A stretch of DNA of 64,000 bases from Bacteroidota bacterium. Its GTDB lineage: Bacteria > Bacteroidota > Bacteroidia > Chitinophagales > Saprospiraceae. Position numbers and translations under genes: made by a program. Positions 10,382-20,979 of this stretch are shown here, piece by piece; within the stretch, counting starts at the first letter, position 1, and each line of letters starts with the position of its first letter. Below the pieces are notes generated by a model. The model had not been told where the DNA came from. It was given only the letters and a program-made list of their open reading frames with translations, and did no database searches. Where the stretch lies: the NCBI GenBank assembly GCA_038528965.1, contig JBCBEC010000022.1, forward strand, positions 4,640-68,639, written 5' to 3'.

Positions 10382-11931
10382 ACACGTTTATTATTAATAA
10401 ATTCATGGTACCAATGACCAATCATCTCATTGACCGATTTGGTGAGATCAATTTCTGGCCAAGCCAACTGATTCTGGATGAGTGGAATCAGTTGCTGTAA
10501 GCCGTTAACATCCGTTGTTTCCTGCGCCGGAAGATAGTTTTTGAGCCGTTTTTTCCACTGGGGAGGGAGCCAATTTGTAGGCGATATAGTATTGCCAGTA
10601 GCAGTTTCATCCTCCGGAAATGCAATGTTATGGGGTTTGAACCAATTTTCTCTCAAAACCTGGCGGTAAAGTTCCATGCCCTGGCGTAATTCATTGGGAA
10701 CTTGCTGCCAAAACTGAATAAACTCCAAATCCCATAATGGTAGGTGCCAATGACAGCCAAACCACTCGTAGGCTCTGACTCCATTGACAATGTACTTACT
10801 TACATACTCCCGTAGTACCCAATGCTCAAGTTCACTGATGTATTGTTCTTCATCTTGAATCTCCTTCTTCGGCAATAGTGGAAGCCAGTTCTGGCGGGTA
10901 GTTGGATCAAGTTCCCGTACAAAGCGACTAAGCAGCTGCTCCTGCAAGCGACGAACTCGACTAGGCGGCCAAGGAATTAGAGCATTGGGTAGATAACTTC
11001 CGGCTTGAAAGTCACCGCAATACCCAGGGCAGATGATCTCGCCACCTTTTAGCCAGCCCTTTTTCTTGAGTGCCAGCAGCGAAAAATAGTCTTGCTCTTG
11101 CGGTAATGCCGATCCCTTGCTGGCAAATTCCGCATAGTTGAACCATTCGTTGTCACCAAATTGACCTATTAAGTCAGCAGCGTAGGGTACAAAAGACCAT
11201 TCTATCTGTAATTGCTCCGTGATCTCGCGGGCAATCCGTACTTCCGTGCTATCTGGTAGACCGTAGGTGAAAGCCTTAAGGTTGGCAAATCCTTTATGGT
11301 GTAGAGCAGCCAATAAGACCCTAGAATCATAACCACCACTAAGTGGAATAATGATCGTCCGCTCACCCGCGAAACTAATGAGTCGATCGATACTGTTCTC
11401 TAAAACCTGATGGAAGCTTTCGGCCCATTGCTGGCTGGTGCGCTGTGGGCTAGGGGGCCGCCGATGTGGGAAATAGTTGTGCAGATAGCACAAACTGCCC
11501 TTTACTTCCAGTATTTCCCCGGCTTGAATTTGCTGCCATCCGTACCAAAGGGTGGCATGACCGGGAATAAATTCTGCATTAGCCAGGGCTTTACTGGCCT
11601 GCCATACATTTGCGACTCCAGGGTCAAGAATAGGTTGATCGCTTAGAGTGACTTGTTCTGGTTCTACCCGCCAAAATAGCGGAATAGACCGCGCAATATC
11701 CGTAGCTGCTAGGTGGAGGTCACCATTAGACCACAATAAAGCAAAATGTCCATTCCAGTGTTTAAGCAGGCTTGCTAGATCGGTAGCAGACTGTACAGTT
11801 TGGAGCACTTGGTCGATCTCCTCGGTATCAAGCCAATGTCCATCAGTGAAGACCTGCCCAGTCCACCAACCTGCAGATAGGGGCTGCCAAGAGCGGGGTG
11901 ACTCTTGCTGTACTTGTAGCTGTACTTGCAT
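10378..11931 (-). CDS. Asparagine-synthase-family (PP-loop) amidotransferase-like protein, lacking N-terminal Cys glutaminase start
   Basis: PP-loop 'IIIPLSGGYDSRVLLAALH' typical of AsnB-like ATP pyrophosphatases. The stop overlaps the pulA start by 4 nt. The ORF-track start at 12111 adds 60 implausible residues, so the internal Met 'MQVQLQ' at 11931 is preferred. Confidence 0.55.
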   Translation of the reverse strand: MQVQLQVQQESPRSWQPLSAGWWTGQVFTDGHWLDTEEIDQVLQTVQSATDLASLLKHWNGHFALLWSNGDLHLAATDIARSIPLFWRVEPEQVTLSDQPILDPGVANVWQASKALANAEFIPGHATLWYGWQQIQAGEILEVKGSLCYLHNYFPHRRPPSPQRTSQQWAESFHQVLENSIDRLISFAGERTIIIPLSGGYDSRVLLAALHHKGFANLKAFTYGLPDSTEVRIAREITEQLQIEWSFVPYAADLIGQFGDNEWFNYAEFASKGSALPQEQDYFSLLALKKKGWLKGGEIICPGYCGDFQAGSYLPNALIPWPPSRVRRLQEQLLSRFVRELDPTTRQNWLPLLPKKEIQDEEQYISELEHWVLREYVSKYIVNGVRAYEWFGCHWHLPLWDLEFIQFWQQVPNELRQGMELYRQVLRENWFKPHNIAFPEDETATGNTISPTNWLPPQWKKRLKNYLPAQETTDVNGLQQLIPLIQNQLAWPEIDLTKSVNEMIGHWYHEFINNKRV

Positions 11932-12299
11932 AGAGGAGGTAAAATACGATGTATTGGGAAAAGGGGGAGGGCCGATGTATAGAATTATACTAATTAGGAG
12001 TGTATACGGGAGTGTTTTGAGCACGGCCCGCACGGCGGGACCCACCCTAATCGCCAGGTCCAGCAACCACCCATTCTGTCTGAGAACAGGCAGCAGGATC
12101 ACACCCCTCACAATGTAACTACATTGTAAGGGCCAACAACATCCTAAGCAAAACAGAAAAACTGGGAATAAATAACGCTGACTAGTTTACCACCTGAGCT
12201 CAGTAATGGTAAGGGAATACGGAAACTCTGATTGAGCGCTTTTCTGTAATTATAAAACAAAAATAATAAAAATATTTTAAAAATAAAATTTAAGTGTCA

Positions 12300-12884
12300 T
12301 TAAGCTCTTGGGCACCAACGGAGTGGTGTAAGATTATCCAACAGTATATTGCCACTGTAGCGGAATTGCCCCTCCTGGTGAAAAGCCTCCAAAATGAGGT
12401 AGCGGATAGGGCGTTCGGCTTTTACCTCCACTCGGTACGACTGCCAATAGGTATGTTCGATCAAGGGCGACTCATAGAGCAGTTGGTCTTTGCTACAGCG
12501 GTCTGTACTGCCCCAGACGCGGAGCTTGAGTGGGCTGTTGTAACCACTGTAGGTAGGGCCACGGGCCAGGTCAATCTGAAAAACGTAGCAGTCCTCTATT
12601 TCGATGGTGCGCTCCAGGCGTTGCGTAATGCTTTCCCAGGTGCCATTGGCTCTAGTAATGAGGCCAACGAAGGTATCGCCATCGCTGGGTTCTTGATAAA
12701 TGCCCCAGAAACCAGGGAGAATATCAGGGGTAGTGAGGGGTTCGCAGCCAATCCAGCCAATGGGAACGGTTGCATCAGCAGGCTCGCCTTCAAAAGAGGG
12801 GTTTTGCCAGAATATCGGTGGCGGGATGTCTTGGGTGGCGGCGAAGAAAGGTAAAAAGAAAAGGAATAAAGCTAGTCGGTACAT
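12300..12884 (-). CDS. Secreted hypothetical protein
   Basis: Start taken at internal 'MYRLALFLFFLPFFAATQ', a signal peptide. Preferred over the overlapping + strand ORF 12294..12854, which has no recognisable features. Confidence 0.4.
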   Translation of the reverse strand: MYRLALFLFFLPFFAATQDIPPPIFWQNPSFEGEPADATVPIGWIGCEPLTTPDILPGFWGIYQEPSDGDTFVGLITRANGTWESITQRLERTIEIEDCYVFQIDLARGPTYSGYNSPLKLRVWGSTDRCSKDQLLYESPLIEHTYWQSYRVEVKAERPIRYLILEAFHQEGQFRYSGNILLDNLTPLRWCPRA

Positions 12885-13165
12885 TGGGGTGATGTTGTCG
12901 AAGTTGAAAAAAGAAAAGCACTCTAAGCGCAAATCGGCTGAAGGTTTACATTAATGTTAACTCTTCAAAGTTATAGAATTTGTTGGCGCCGAGGGGAGGA
13001 TTTGGGAGGTATATTGTATGCCATTGGCAGGCGAGGACGTAGCGCCACGCCTCCGGCGTGGAGTCCGCACGAGAATTGTATACATGTCATCCTACCAGAA
13101 GCCAATTTTTTGATCTGCCAGAAATTAGTGATGTTTACACTTGGTAAAAATAGCCGCAAAAGCAA

Positions 13166-14638
13166 ATGGGAGTAATCCAACGGCAGAGTATCAAACGCTC
13201 GCTGGTGTCGTACATTGGGGTAGGGGTGGGCATGATCAGCACACTCTTTATTTATCCGCTGGAGAGTACTTTGTACGGCCGGATTCAGTTTGTGTTGAGT
13301 GTGGCCTTGCTGCTGTCGCCGGTTTTTTCCCTGGGGGTGAAAAGTTTGGCGGTACGGTTTTATCCGGAGTTTTCTGAACAAGCCGAGCATGATCGTGGGC
13401 TGTTTCGGTTACTGCTCCTCCTTACGGTTGCCATATACCTGATAGTTGGTGGCGGACTTTACCTGAGTCAGGATTGGTGGTTGGATGTGCTGAGTATTTC
13501 CAGGCAATCGAAATTCTACCAGTACGCTGATGTGATTTGGCCATTGGCCTTGCTATACAGCCTGGTAGATCTATCTACCCTCTATACCTCTAATTATCAG
13601 CGGATAACGGTTCCGGAGATTTTTACGAATCTGTTCTTGAAGCTAGCGGTGCCTACTCTGATTTTGGGCTACCATTTTCAATACTGGACGAGCACCATTG
13701 CACTGTATGCTTTGTGGCTGGTCTATGCCATTATTCTGCTAAGTTTGCTGGTGTACTTACATCAGCAAGGGCAGCGGTTTGTGAAGGTCGACTGGAGCTT
13801 CCTGACGGCGGAGCGGAGGAAAGGTATGCTTTCGTATGCCCTTTTTGGAGTTTTAGCCTCGTTGGGTACCCACCTGGCCTTTCGATTGGATAACATCATG
13901 ACCACCGAGTATCTTGGGGAAACCGCCAATGGGTTTTACAACATAGCCCTGTTTATTTCCAATACGATTGCGATTCCATACAACGCGTTGATTGCGATCG
14001 TTTCGCCCTTTATATCCGGTTACTGGCAAAAAAATGATCTGGCCAATATCCAGGATGTGTACCGACGGTCTAGCTTAAATTTGCTGATGGCAGGGTTGTT
14101 CTTATTCGGTCTGATATTCTTGTTGTTGGACGATATCATCAGTGTTTCTACCGATTCTGCGGGGATGGAAACGGTGCGGAATGTGATTATCATCCTGGGC
14201 ATCGCGAAGGTGATTGATGTGACGGCGGGGGTGAATTCGGCCATTATCTCCTTTAGTAAAGCTTACCGCTTCAATTTTGTGGTGATCTCCATTCTCGGCC
14301 TGCTTAATATTGGTTTGAATCTGTGGTTGATCCCTATTTTCCAAGTAACAGGTGTTGCTTTGGCGACACTGATTTCGCTGGTGTTATTCAACCTCATTAA
14401 GCTGGTTTTTATCTACTGGAGGTTCGGCATTCACCTCTTCACCTGGCGCTTGCTGTGGGCGTTCTTGTTGGGAAGTGGCCTGATATTTCTGGTGAATTTA
14501 CTGCCGCGCTTTGCCGACTGGTGGTGGAATGTACCAGTCATTGGTGGCGTCTTTACTTTAGTTCTGGGAGGTGCCTTTGTTTTGACTGGACTGGTGCCTA
14601 AGCCTCACGAATTATGGGAGATGCTCCGCAATCGTTAA
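13166..14638 (+). CDS. Polysaccharide biosynthesis protein / Wzx-like flippase (MOP superfamily, multi-TM)
   Basis: 490 aa and hydrophobic throughout, with roughly 12-14 predicted helices, which is the Wzx/MATE-like topology. It sits in a glycan-modification neighbourhood. Confidence 0.65.
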   Translation: MGVIQRQSIKRSLVSYIGVGVGMISTLFIYPLESTLYGRIQFVLSVALLLSPVFSLGVKSLAVRFYPEFSEQAEHDRGLFRLLLLLTVAIYLIVGGGLYLSQDWWLDVLSISRQSKFYQYADVIWPLALLYSLVDLSTLYTSNYQRITVPEIFTNLFLKLAVPTLILGYHFQYWTSTIALYALWLVYAIILLSLLVYLHQQGQRFVKVDWSFLTAERRKGMLSYALFGVLASLGTHLAFRLDNIMTTEYLGETANGFYNIALFISNTIAIPYNALIAIVSPFISGYWQKNDLANIQDVYRRSSLNLLMAGLFLFGLIFLLLDDIISVSTDSAGMETVRNVIIILGIAKVIDVTAGVNSAIISFSKAYRFNFVVISILGLLNIGLNLWLIPIFQVTGVALATLISLVLFNLIKLVFIYWRFGIHLFTWRLLWAFLLGSGLIFLVNLLPRFADWWWNVPVIGGVFTLVLGGAFVLTGLVPKPHELWEMLRNR

Positions 14639-14679
14639 GCCAGGCTTTGTACCTTTGCCACACAATAGAATAGACTGAA

Positions 14680-15321
14680 ATGAGGGTATTTATATTGGGA
14701 ACCGGCCGGAACGGCTCAAGTACCATTATTAAGGCTTGTCAGCATATTACCAATTTTACCAGCAGCCATGAATCGCGCACCAAGCGCATCGGGCCGGAGC
14801 GGTTGGCGTACCCCGATGACCATATTGAAGCGGATAATCGCTTGAGCTGGCACACCGGTGAATTGGACCAGTTGTATGGGCAGGCGGCCTTCTATGTGTA
14901 CCTGAAGCGGGAGCGGAAGAAAGTGGCAGCAAGCAGCATGCGCCGCTATTATCAACCTATTAGCATCATCGACAGCTACTGTGGTGGGATTAAGATGATT
15001 CCGCCAGAAAAGCTGAATCGTGAAGAGCGGTTACAAGCTTGTTATGACTATGTAGACACCGTGAATGCGAATATCGAGCTCTTTCTCAAAGATAAACCCC
15101 ACCAGTTTATCGTCAATCTGGAAACCATCAGCGCCGATTTTGAGCAACTCTGGGAGCGGATCGGAGCAGCAGGGGATAAAGCTGCTGCACTGGCAGAGTT
15201 TGAGCATGCTTACAATGCCTCCGCTAAGCGTCGGCCGCTTAACCTGTTCTATCGACTTAAATTACTCGTTATTCGTGAAGTACGTCATTGGTCAATGGTC
15301 TTGGGCTTAGATGTGAACTAA
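14680..15321 (+). CDS. Sulfotransferase-family-like protein
   Basis: N-terminal 'VFILGTGRNGSSTI' resembles the PAPS 5'-phosphosulfate-binding loop of bacterial sulfotransferases. Confidence 0.4.
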   Translation: MRVFILGTGRNGSSTIIKACQHITNFTSSHESRTKRIGPERLAYPDDHIEADNRLSWHTGELDQLYGQAAFYVYLKRERKKVAASSMRRYYQPISIIDSYCGGIKMIPPEKLNREERLQACYDYVDTVNANIELFLKDKPHQFIVNLETISADFEQLWERIGAAGDKAAALAEFEHAYNASAKRRPLNLFYRLKLLVIREVRHWSMVLGLDVN

Positions 15322-15573
15322 GCACTACCAAGTATCCATCTCTTAGACCTGTGGCCTTGCGTTACATAACGTACTACCCGATTTATGCAACAACACATGT
15401 CAATGTCAACAATTTATTAGATTTGCAGAACATTTTTGCAAGCTAGTTTTTTGCCAAATAACGAAAGCTGTAGTGTACGGGAATTAACATTAACGATACC
15501 GAAAAAGTACACTGAGGCAAAATGACATCATTATCCCGATTCTTGAGATGGAAAGGAGGTAAAAAAAGGAAGC

Positions 15574-16434
15574 ATGATTCATGTCATGACAGTACACTGG
15601 TTGGATAGTCGTTGGATTGATATTCAACTGTCCTATCTAAAGAAAAATATTGATCGCCCTTATCTAACCTATGCTTTTCTGAATGGAATAAGTACAGAGC
15701 ATTACGACAAATTCCACTATGTTTCTGATGAAAACATTAAACAGCACGCAGTTAAGTTGAATCTGTTGGCAGATATGGCCTGTTTTAATGCCGAATCGGA
15801 TGATGACTGGCTATTCTTTATTGATGGTGATGCTTTTCCAATTGCTTCTGTGGATCAATACGCACAGCCAAAATTGGAGAAGAACCCCCTGATTGCTGTT
15901 CAAAGAAAGGAGAATTTCGCTGATATTCAGCCGCACCCATCCTTTTGTATCACCACTGTTGGTTTTTGGAAGCAAATAAGGGGCGACTGGAAAAGTGGCT
16001 ATACCTGGAATAATGCAAGAGGAGAAAGTGTGACAGATGTCGGAGGGAATTTGTTGGGAATACTGAATGAAAAAGGCTTTGATTGGTATCCTGTCTTACG
16101 CTCCAATATTATCGACTTGCATCCTTTGTCCTTCGGTTTGTACGGCGATGTGCTGTATCATCATGGTGCGGGCTTTCGAGAACACATTTCCCGAGTGGAT
16201 TTAGAGGGAAAAGGCATCCGGATGAACTCACTCTACTTTAAGGTATTGAGTAGTTTGCCAAAAAAGCTCAACAGATTGTGGAATCCTGCCCGAATTATTG
16301 CCCGTAAAAATGAACGCCTGAGCGAAAAGATATTTCAGTGGATATTAAAAGATGAAACTTTTTTTGCAGCCTTGAACTCTTCGACTAAAAGCTGGCCAGA
16401 AGACATCCGGGCTTTACTTTCTACAGATAAGTAG
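15574..16434 (+). CDS. Hypothetical protein (possible DxD-type transferase)
   Basis: Long ORF with a 'FFIDGDAFP' acidic motif. No confident family. Confidence 0.4.
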   Translation: MIHVMTVHWLDSRWIDIQLSYLKKNIDRPYLTYAFLNGISTEHYDKFHYVSDENIKQHAVKLNLLADMACFNAESDDDWLFFIDGDAFPIASVDQYAQPKLEKNPLIAVQRKENFADIQPHPSFCITTVGFWKQIRGDWKSGYTWNNARGESVTDVGGNLLGILNEKGFDWYPVLRSNIIDLHPLSFGLYGDVLYHHGAGFREHISRVDLEGKGIRMNSLYFKVLSSLPKKLNRLWNPARIIARKNERLSEKIFQWILKDETFFAALNSSTKSWPEDIRALLSTDK

Positions 16435-16504
16435 CTTCTTAGGTTAGTTGAGACCGATGTTTTGACAACATTCGAAGAACAAGTATAAAATGTTGTAGGT
16501 ACTC

Positions 16505-17299
16505 TTACTTTCTTGTCCTATTCTTTAAGGTCTGAAAATCAATTAGATTCAAAAGTTTCTCTCTGTTTTCAGCTAACATATAGAATTCAAAAAAAGGATT
16601 AAGTTCAGCAATATGATTCCCAATTTGATGCTTTTTTGCCAATATGCCCACCCCCCAATCAGAGTCAACACAGCAAGAGTAAACAGAAGCATTACAGCGC
16701 CATTTTAGAAATGCCTTCCAAGTTGTTCCATTCCAAAAACTACGCGCTGGAGTATACCGGTAATTATGTTGTTCTCTTGCATGCCATTCACTAGGCGGGT
16801 TACAATCGTGAAGAACTATGAAGCCGTCTTCTTTAACATATTTTAGTGCATTCTCAATATCTCTATCTACTTGTTCAGCAAGGTGCAGTCCATCGATAAA
16901 GATCACATCGAATTTGATGTCATTAGATAAAACTTCGTTTTTGGATAATTTTTGAAAAAAGACATCACTCGTCATTGTGAAATCTACGGGATTCGCTTTA
17001 AACGCAATGCCAGGGTCAACACTGTATTTTTTGTCTGCTATGATATGGTTGAAATTATGGTCAGGGTTCCGAACTCCTATTTCCAAATAGGATGTGTCAC
17101 CTTTGGTAAGCGATAGTAAAAAATTAATAATTTCAGTTCGTGACGGGCTTTTAGAATACTCTGAATTGCTTTTCTTTTGGATGTCTACATAATGAGGATC
17201 ATTTAAGAACTCCTTTCCTGTAACATAGTATTTGATCGGTGTTATTTTTAGTAACAGCTCTTTAATTTTCATATTCTTCAATGTAAAAGGGGTAATCAA
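16505..17299 (-). CDS. Class I SAM-dependent methyltransferase-like protein
   Basis: 'YLEIGVRNPDHNF' is a motif I-like segment and 'FDVIFIDGLH' resembles the post-II motif of TylF/CmcI-type methyltransferases. Confidence 0.5.
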   Translation of the reverse strand: MITPFTLKNMKIKELLLKITPIKYYVTGKEFLNDPHYVDIQKKSNSEYSKSPSRTEIINFLLSLTKGDTSYLEIGVRNPDHNFNHIIADKKYSVDPGIAFKANPVDFTMTSDVFFQKLSKNEVLSNDIKFDVIFIDGLHLAEQVDRDIENALKYVKEDGFIVLHDCNPPSEWHAREQHNYRYTPARSFWNGTTWKAFLKWRCNASVYSCCVDSDWGVGILAKKHQIGNHIAELNPFFEFYMLAENREKLLNLIDFQTLKNRTRK

Positions 17300-17562
17300 A
17301 TAGCATTCGCTTTACTAAGGCTGGTCACCAAGCTAGCACACCAGGGAAGTTGTATCCCAAGCCTCCCACAGCGCCTTACGTGATAGTCTCCCATCAGATG
17401 CGGACGCTGTAGCCTCAGCATAAGCGTTACGGCCCCTCCTTTTCTGAAGAATCAGGCCGTTTAGTCGCCTTTGCTCCAACGGTAAAATAACTTAAGTCTT
17501 TCCTCCGGCAATTTACACAAAAAAACCACCGCTTGTCACTGTGATTTACCATATCGCTTAAG

Positions 17563-17631
17563 CGGCTTGCTTCCGCTAAAGCCACACTATGCCTCCTGTG
17601 GAAGGTTCGCAAAGATAGCGGAAGCAAGCCG
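17563..17631. terminator. Long inverted repeat immediately downstream of the minus-strand kinase gene
   Basis: A 16-bp perfect inverted repeat 'cggcttgcttccgcta ... tagcggaagcaagccg' separated by 37 nt. It ends 5 nt from the kinase stop at 17636. Confidence 0.4.
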
Positions 17632-17635
17632 AACC

Positions 17636-20635
17636 TTACAGCGTCAATTCTACTGTTGTGCCGATTACCATGCCCATTTCGTTTTTGGGTTCAAAAATTC
17701 GCACGCTACAAGCGGGACTAGAAAGCAGTTCGAGTCTTTTCTGGGTGATGGTCATACCCGCAGAGCGGTGCTTGAATTTACTCTTACTAGCGGCTTTGAG
17801 TGCTTTGGTGTAGGAAATACCGGGGCCGTTGTCCTCGATGGTAATTTTGAGTTGTTCCGCCAGTTGTTGATAGGTGATGGTGATTTTACCGTCTCCATCT
17901 TTGTGTTCCATTCCATGAAGGACCGCATTTTCAACGTAAGGTTGAACCAGCATAGGGGGAATTGTCTGCCAGTCCAGATCAATCGATGGATCAATGCTGA
18001 AGTGAAAGTCGAAGCGATTGCTGAAGCGTTGTTGCTCTAGTTGAAGATATCTTTTCAGTAGGTTGATTTCATCCTTTAGCACCACTTGATCCCGCCTTGA
18101 GGACTCTAATGCGTAACGTATCAGCTGAGAAAAACTGGCGATTAGACGCACTGCTTTGTCTTTATCGGCCTCCTCACCAATGATCATGCCCTGAATAGTA
18201 CCCAGACAATTGAAAATAAAGTGTGGGTTCATTTGTGCCCGGTAAGCTTGTTGTTTGAGTTGACCAATTTCCTCCTGTAGAGCTAGGTTTTCCTTTTGAC
18301 GTGAGAGGTTTCTTATCCGTTGACGAAAAATTAAATAAATAATTAATAAACCCGCGGTAAGCACCAAAAATATAAACCACAATCTCTTATGTAGAGGTGG
18401 GGTAACGCCCAATAAAATGCTCGTTGAAGCACTCCAGCTTGCACTATTTTGCAGGGTTTGAATTTCCAATTGGTAGTTGCCTGGCGTTAGGTCTACAAAG
18501 TTAAGTTCCGGATTATTGGTCTCAATCCAATGGTTCTTGGGGTTAAGTCGATACCGATACCTGTTTTTTTGATTCGCTACATAATTCTGGGCAGTAAGCA
18601 CAAGGCGAAGCTCATGGTTATGTGGAATATTTCTCAACTCCTCTACCGGCATTTCTTGACCATTAAGAGTAACGGTTTTGGTTTTAACTTGTGTAGAAGG
18701 CTTAGACTTATGAAAGTCCAGAGGAATGCCGATAATCTGCTTTGGAGTGCTGATCCAACATTGGTTCTGCCAAAATGTTAGATCATTAATCGTATTTGAT
18801 GGGAGTCCAGTGAGGCTAGAAAATGTACCTTCAATTACAAGCTCATTTTGAGTAGCTATTTTGTAAAGTCCGTTATTGGTTACGGCCCAAATAGTGCCAG
18901 TTTGATCAATTTTGACTTGAGTAACTATTAATTGGTCTAATATCGATTCCGTGGTACCCGTTTTATCAAAGTACCTTAAGAGCCCGCCTCCCTTTGTAGC
19001 AATGAGTAAAGACTGGTCTGGTAATAATGCTAGGTCATTAATCTGCAACTTCGTAAATGCCGTGTCTGAATGTACCGTATTTCCATACTTGTCTAACTCT
19101 GTCAGCACTGTTCCAGAGCGGGTACCAAACCAGTAGGTATTGGGCTTGAGCTGCAGTCCACAGAGGACGACTTTATTTTTTATTGCCTCGCTGACGTCCG
19201 TATGGAGTTTTAGGATAAAAGGTGGCTTGCTGGATAGCTTATACAATGCCCCTGTTCTTAAAAAGAAAAGGGTTGAATCAGGATCTGTCCCTTTAAGAAT
19301 TCCATTTATCAATACTGTGTTGTAGCGTTTACCATTGGCGTGGTTCTGGGCGGCATTTTCCCAATTGTTTCCGTTTAGAAACGCCACTGGATTGTAGGCG
19401 ACTACTTGGTTTCGGGCAGAAACGTACCCCAACCCAAGTATCTCATAAAGCTGATCATTATTGAGGATTTCCCGAACCGTTTCATCAGCACCAACTTGGA
19501 GGAGTCGACCACTGCGTGTACTGATCCACAATTCATCATTTAAGCTTAACAATGATCCGTAGTCTCCTGTATTACCTAAGTCGACTAAGCTTCGATATTC
19601 TGGATGTGGTATGTAGTATATTCCATTTTCCGTACATGTGGCCCAAATGCCGCCACTCCGATCCTGTTTAATTTGGGATATGGTTCGCTTATAAAACAAT
19701 TGCTTGCTCGGAGCGCCGTATTGTAATTGTTCCAAATCATCAAACCAGAGCATTCCCCTCTTTTCGTGTAGACCCAATAGTATATTGCCATTGTCGAGTA
19801 TTTCAAAAGAGTTAATTGCTCCGTAAGAAAAGGTTCGGTGATGAGCCAGATTAAAGTCTTGGTCAAAAAAGAGTACGTAATTCCGTCGCTGGACTAGATA
19901 GTATTTACCGATATTGAAAACTGAGACATAGTCTTTGCCACTAATGCGCGTTAAATCACCAGTTAATTCTTGGGGCACTTCTATGACCTGAGTCTTTTGA
20001 GGCGCCCAATTTTGATAGACATCCAGCGTGAAGCCATTGTAGCTATCCAGGTCCGCATTGATTTTACTCACTCGTAACACCTCTTCCCCCAGGCAATAAA
20101 CGCCATTCTGAAAGCGATGCCGTCCGCTTAGATCCATAGCCTTTGAGACGTGGCCTCGGTCATTGACGGTAACTATTGCATAGCCTTCTAAGGATGCATG
20201 TAGTGTTCCCTGTTCATCAACGATGAACTCGTGGATAAGATCGAATTCTTCTCTAATTTGCTGAAAAGCGTGGTTGTAGGGAAAGGCGGCAATCGTATCT
20301 CCACGATAAATATAGAAATTGCCCTTCATGCTATTCATCCAGATCCACCCTCGATGATCTTCCTGTAAGCTAAAGATGGTTTTATCTTGTAGGCCTTGAG
20401 CTTCGCCAAAGTGTTCGAACTTGTGCCCATCATAGCGGGTAATTCCGTTATCGGTAGAGATCCAAATGTAGCCTTGTTGATCTTGTAGGACATCGTAGCA
20501 TTCTGAACTAGGCAGGCCATCATCAACGGTGTAATTAAAAGATAAGGGTTGTATCACTTGGGCTGCAACAGGCAGCGGTGGCGTAAGGATGAGCAAGAGA
20601 ATAAACGTAACTAGTAGAGAGGCCAAGTTTTTCAT
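17636..20635 (-). CDS. Sensor histidine kinase with periplasmic two-component-regulator propeller repeats, Y_Y_Y domain, TM, LytS/YehU-type His_kinase and HATPase_c
   Basis: Signal peptide, multiple beta-propeller-like repeats, then TM 'LWFIFLVLTAGLLIIYLIF'. H-box 'QMNPHFIFNCLGTIQGMI' is the LytS family. The C-terminal 'ITIEDNGPGI' is an ATPase. Confidence 0.8.
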   Translation of the reverse strand: MKNLASLLVTFILLLILTPPLPVAAQVIQPLSFNYTVDDGLPSSECYDVLQDQQGYIWISTDNGITRYDGHKFEHFGEAQGLQDKTIFSLQEDHRGWIWMNSMKGNFYIYRGDTIAAFPYNHAFQQIREEFDLIHEFIVDEQGTLHASLEGYAIVTVNDRGHVSKAMDLSGRHRFQNGVYCLGEEVLRVSKINADLDSYNGFTLDVYQNWAPQKTQVIEVPQELTGDLTRISGKDYVSVFNIGKYYLVQRRNYVLFFDQDFNLAHHRTFSYGAINSFEILDNGNILLGLHEKRGMLWFDDLEQLQYGAPSKQLFYKRTISQIKQDRSGGIWATCTENGIYYIPHPEYRSLVDLGNTGDYGSLLSLNDELWISTRSGRLLQVGADETVREILNNDQLYEILGLGYVSARNQVVAYNPVAFLNGNNWENAAQNHANGKRYNTVLINGILKGTDPDSTLFFLRTGALYKLSSKPPFILKLHTDVSEAIKNKVVLCGLQLKPNTYWFGTRSGTVLTELDKYGNTVHSDTAFTKLQINDLALLPDQSLLIATKGGGLLRYFDKTGTTESILDQLIVTQVKIDQTGTIWAVTNNGLYKIATQNELVIEGTFSSLTGLPSNTINDLTFWQNQCWISTPKQIIGIPLDFHKSKPSTQVKTKTVTLNGQEMPVEELRNIPHNHELRLVLTAQNYVANQKNRYRYRLNPKNHWIETNNPELNFVDLTPGNYQLEIQTLQNSASWSASTSILLGVTPPLHKRLWFIFLVLTAGLLIIYLIFRQRIRNLSRQKENLALQEEIGQLKQQAYRAQMNPHFIFNCLGTIQGMIIGEEADKDKAVRLIASFSQLIRYALESSRRDQVVLKDEINLLKRYLQLEQQRFSNRFDFHFSIDPSIDLDWQTIPPMLVQPYVENAVLHGMEHKDGDGKITITYQQLAEQLKITIEDNGPGISYTKALKAASKSKFKHRSAGMTITQKRLELLSSPACSVRIFEPKNEMGMVIGTTVELTL

Positions 20636-20979
20636 GAGTACCCTTAAAAGGAGTAGTTTGCAGAGGTTCTGAAGTTTAAGATAAGTAGAGTTTTTAGATT
20701 GAAAAACTACCTGTTTCGATATACCGCAAGGGTGTTTCCAAATTCAAGATGAAAACATCCAAATTCGGGATCAGAGCCCCCAAATTGCAGATGATAAAAA
20801 TTAAGATTTTTTTGGCAACTATATTTGAATTAATTCAATATGGAACTATGTAAAACTGGCATTTGCTTCCAATGGATTAAAAACGCGCTTTCTCTAAAAA
20901 TAGCAACACTTATTACCCGCTAAGGGTATCGAGCAAGAATCGGAATATTCCTTCCCGTTTCTTGCTTTTTTATTGAGAT

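Noticed and set aside
11410-12118. + strand ORFs (78 and 156 aa) inside the AsnB-like gene
   Set aside because: They are antisense to a gene with a clear PP-loop. The Cys/Ser-rich products are implausible.
12294-12854. + strand ORF of 186 aa overlapping the minus-strand secreted-protein ORF
   Set aside because: It has no signal, motifs or coherent composition. The minus-strand ORF has a clear signal peptide, so only that one is reported, with modest confidence.
14020-14344. Minus-strand ORFs (74 and 80 aa) inside the flippase gene
   Set aside because: They are antisense to a long hydrophobic multi-TM ORF, and their hydrophilic His/Arg-rich products are artefacts.
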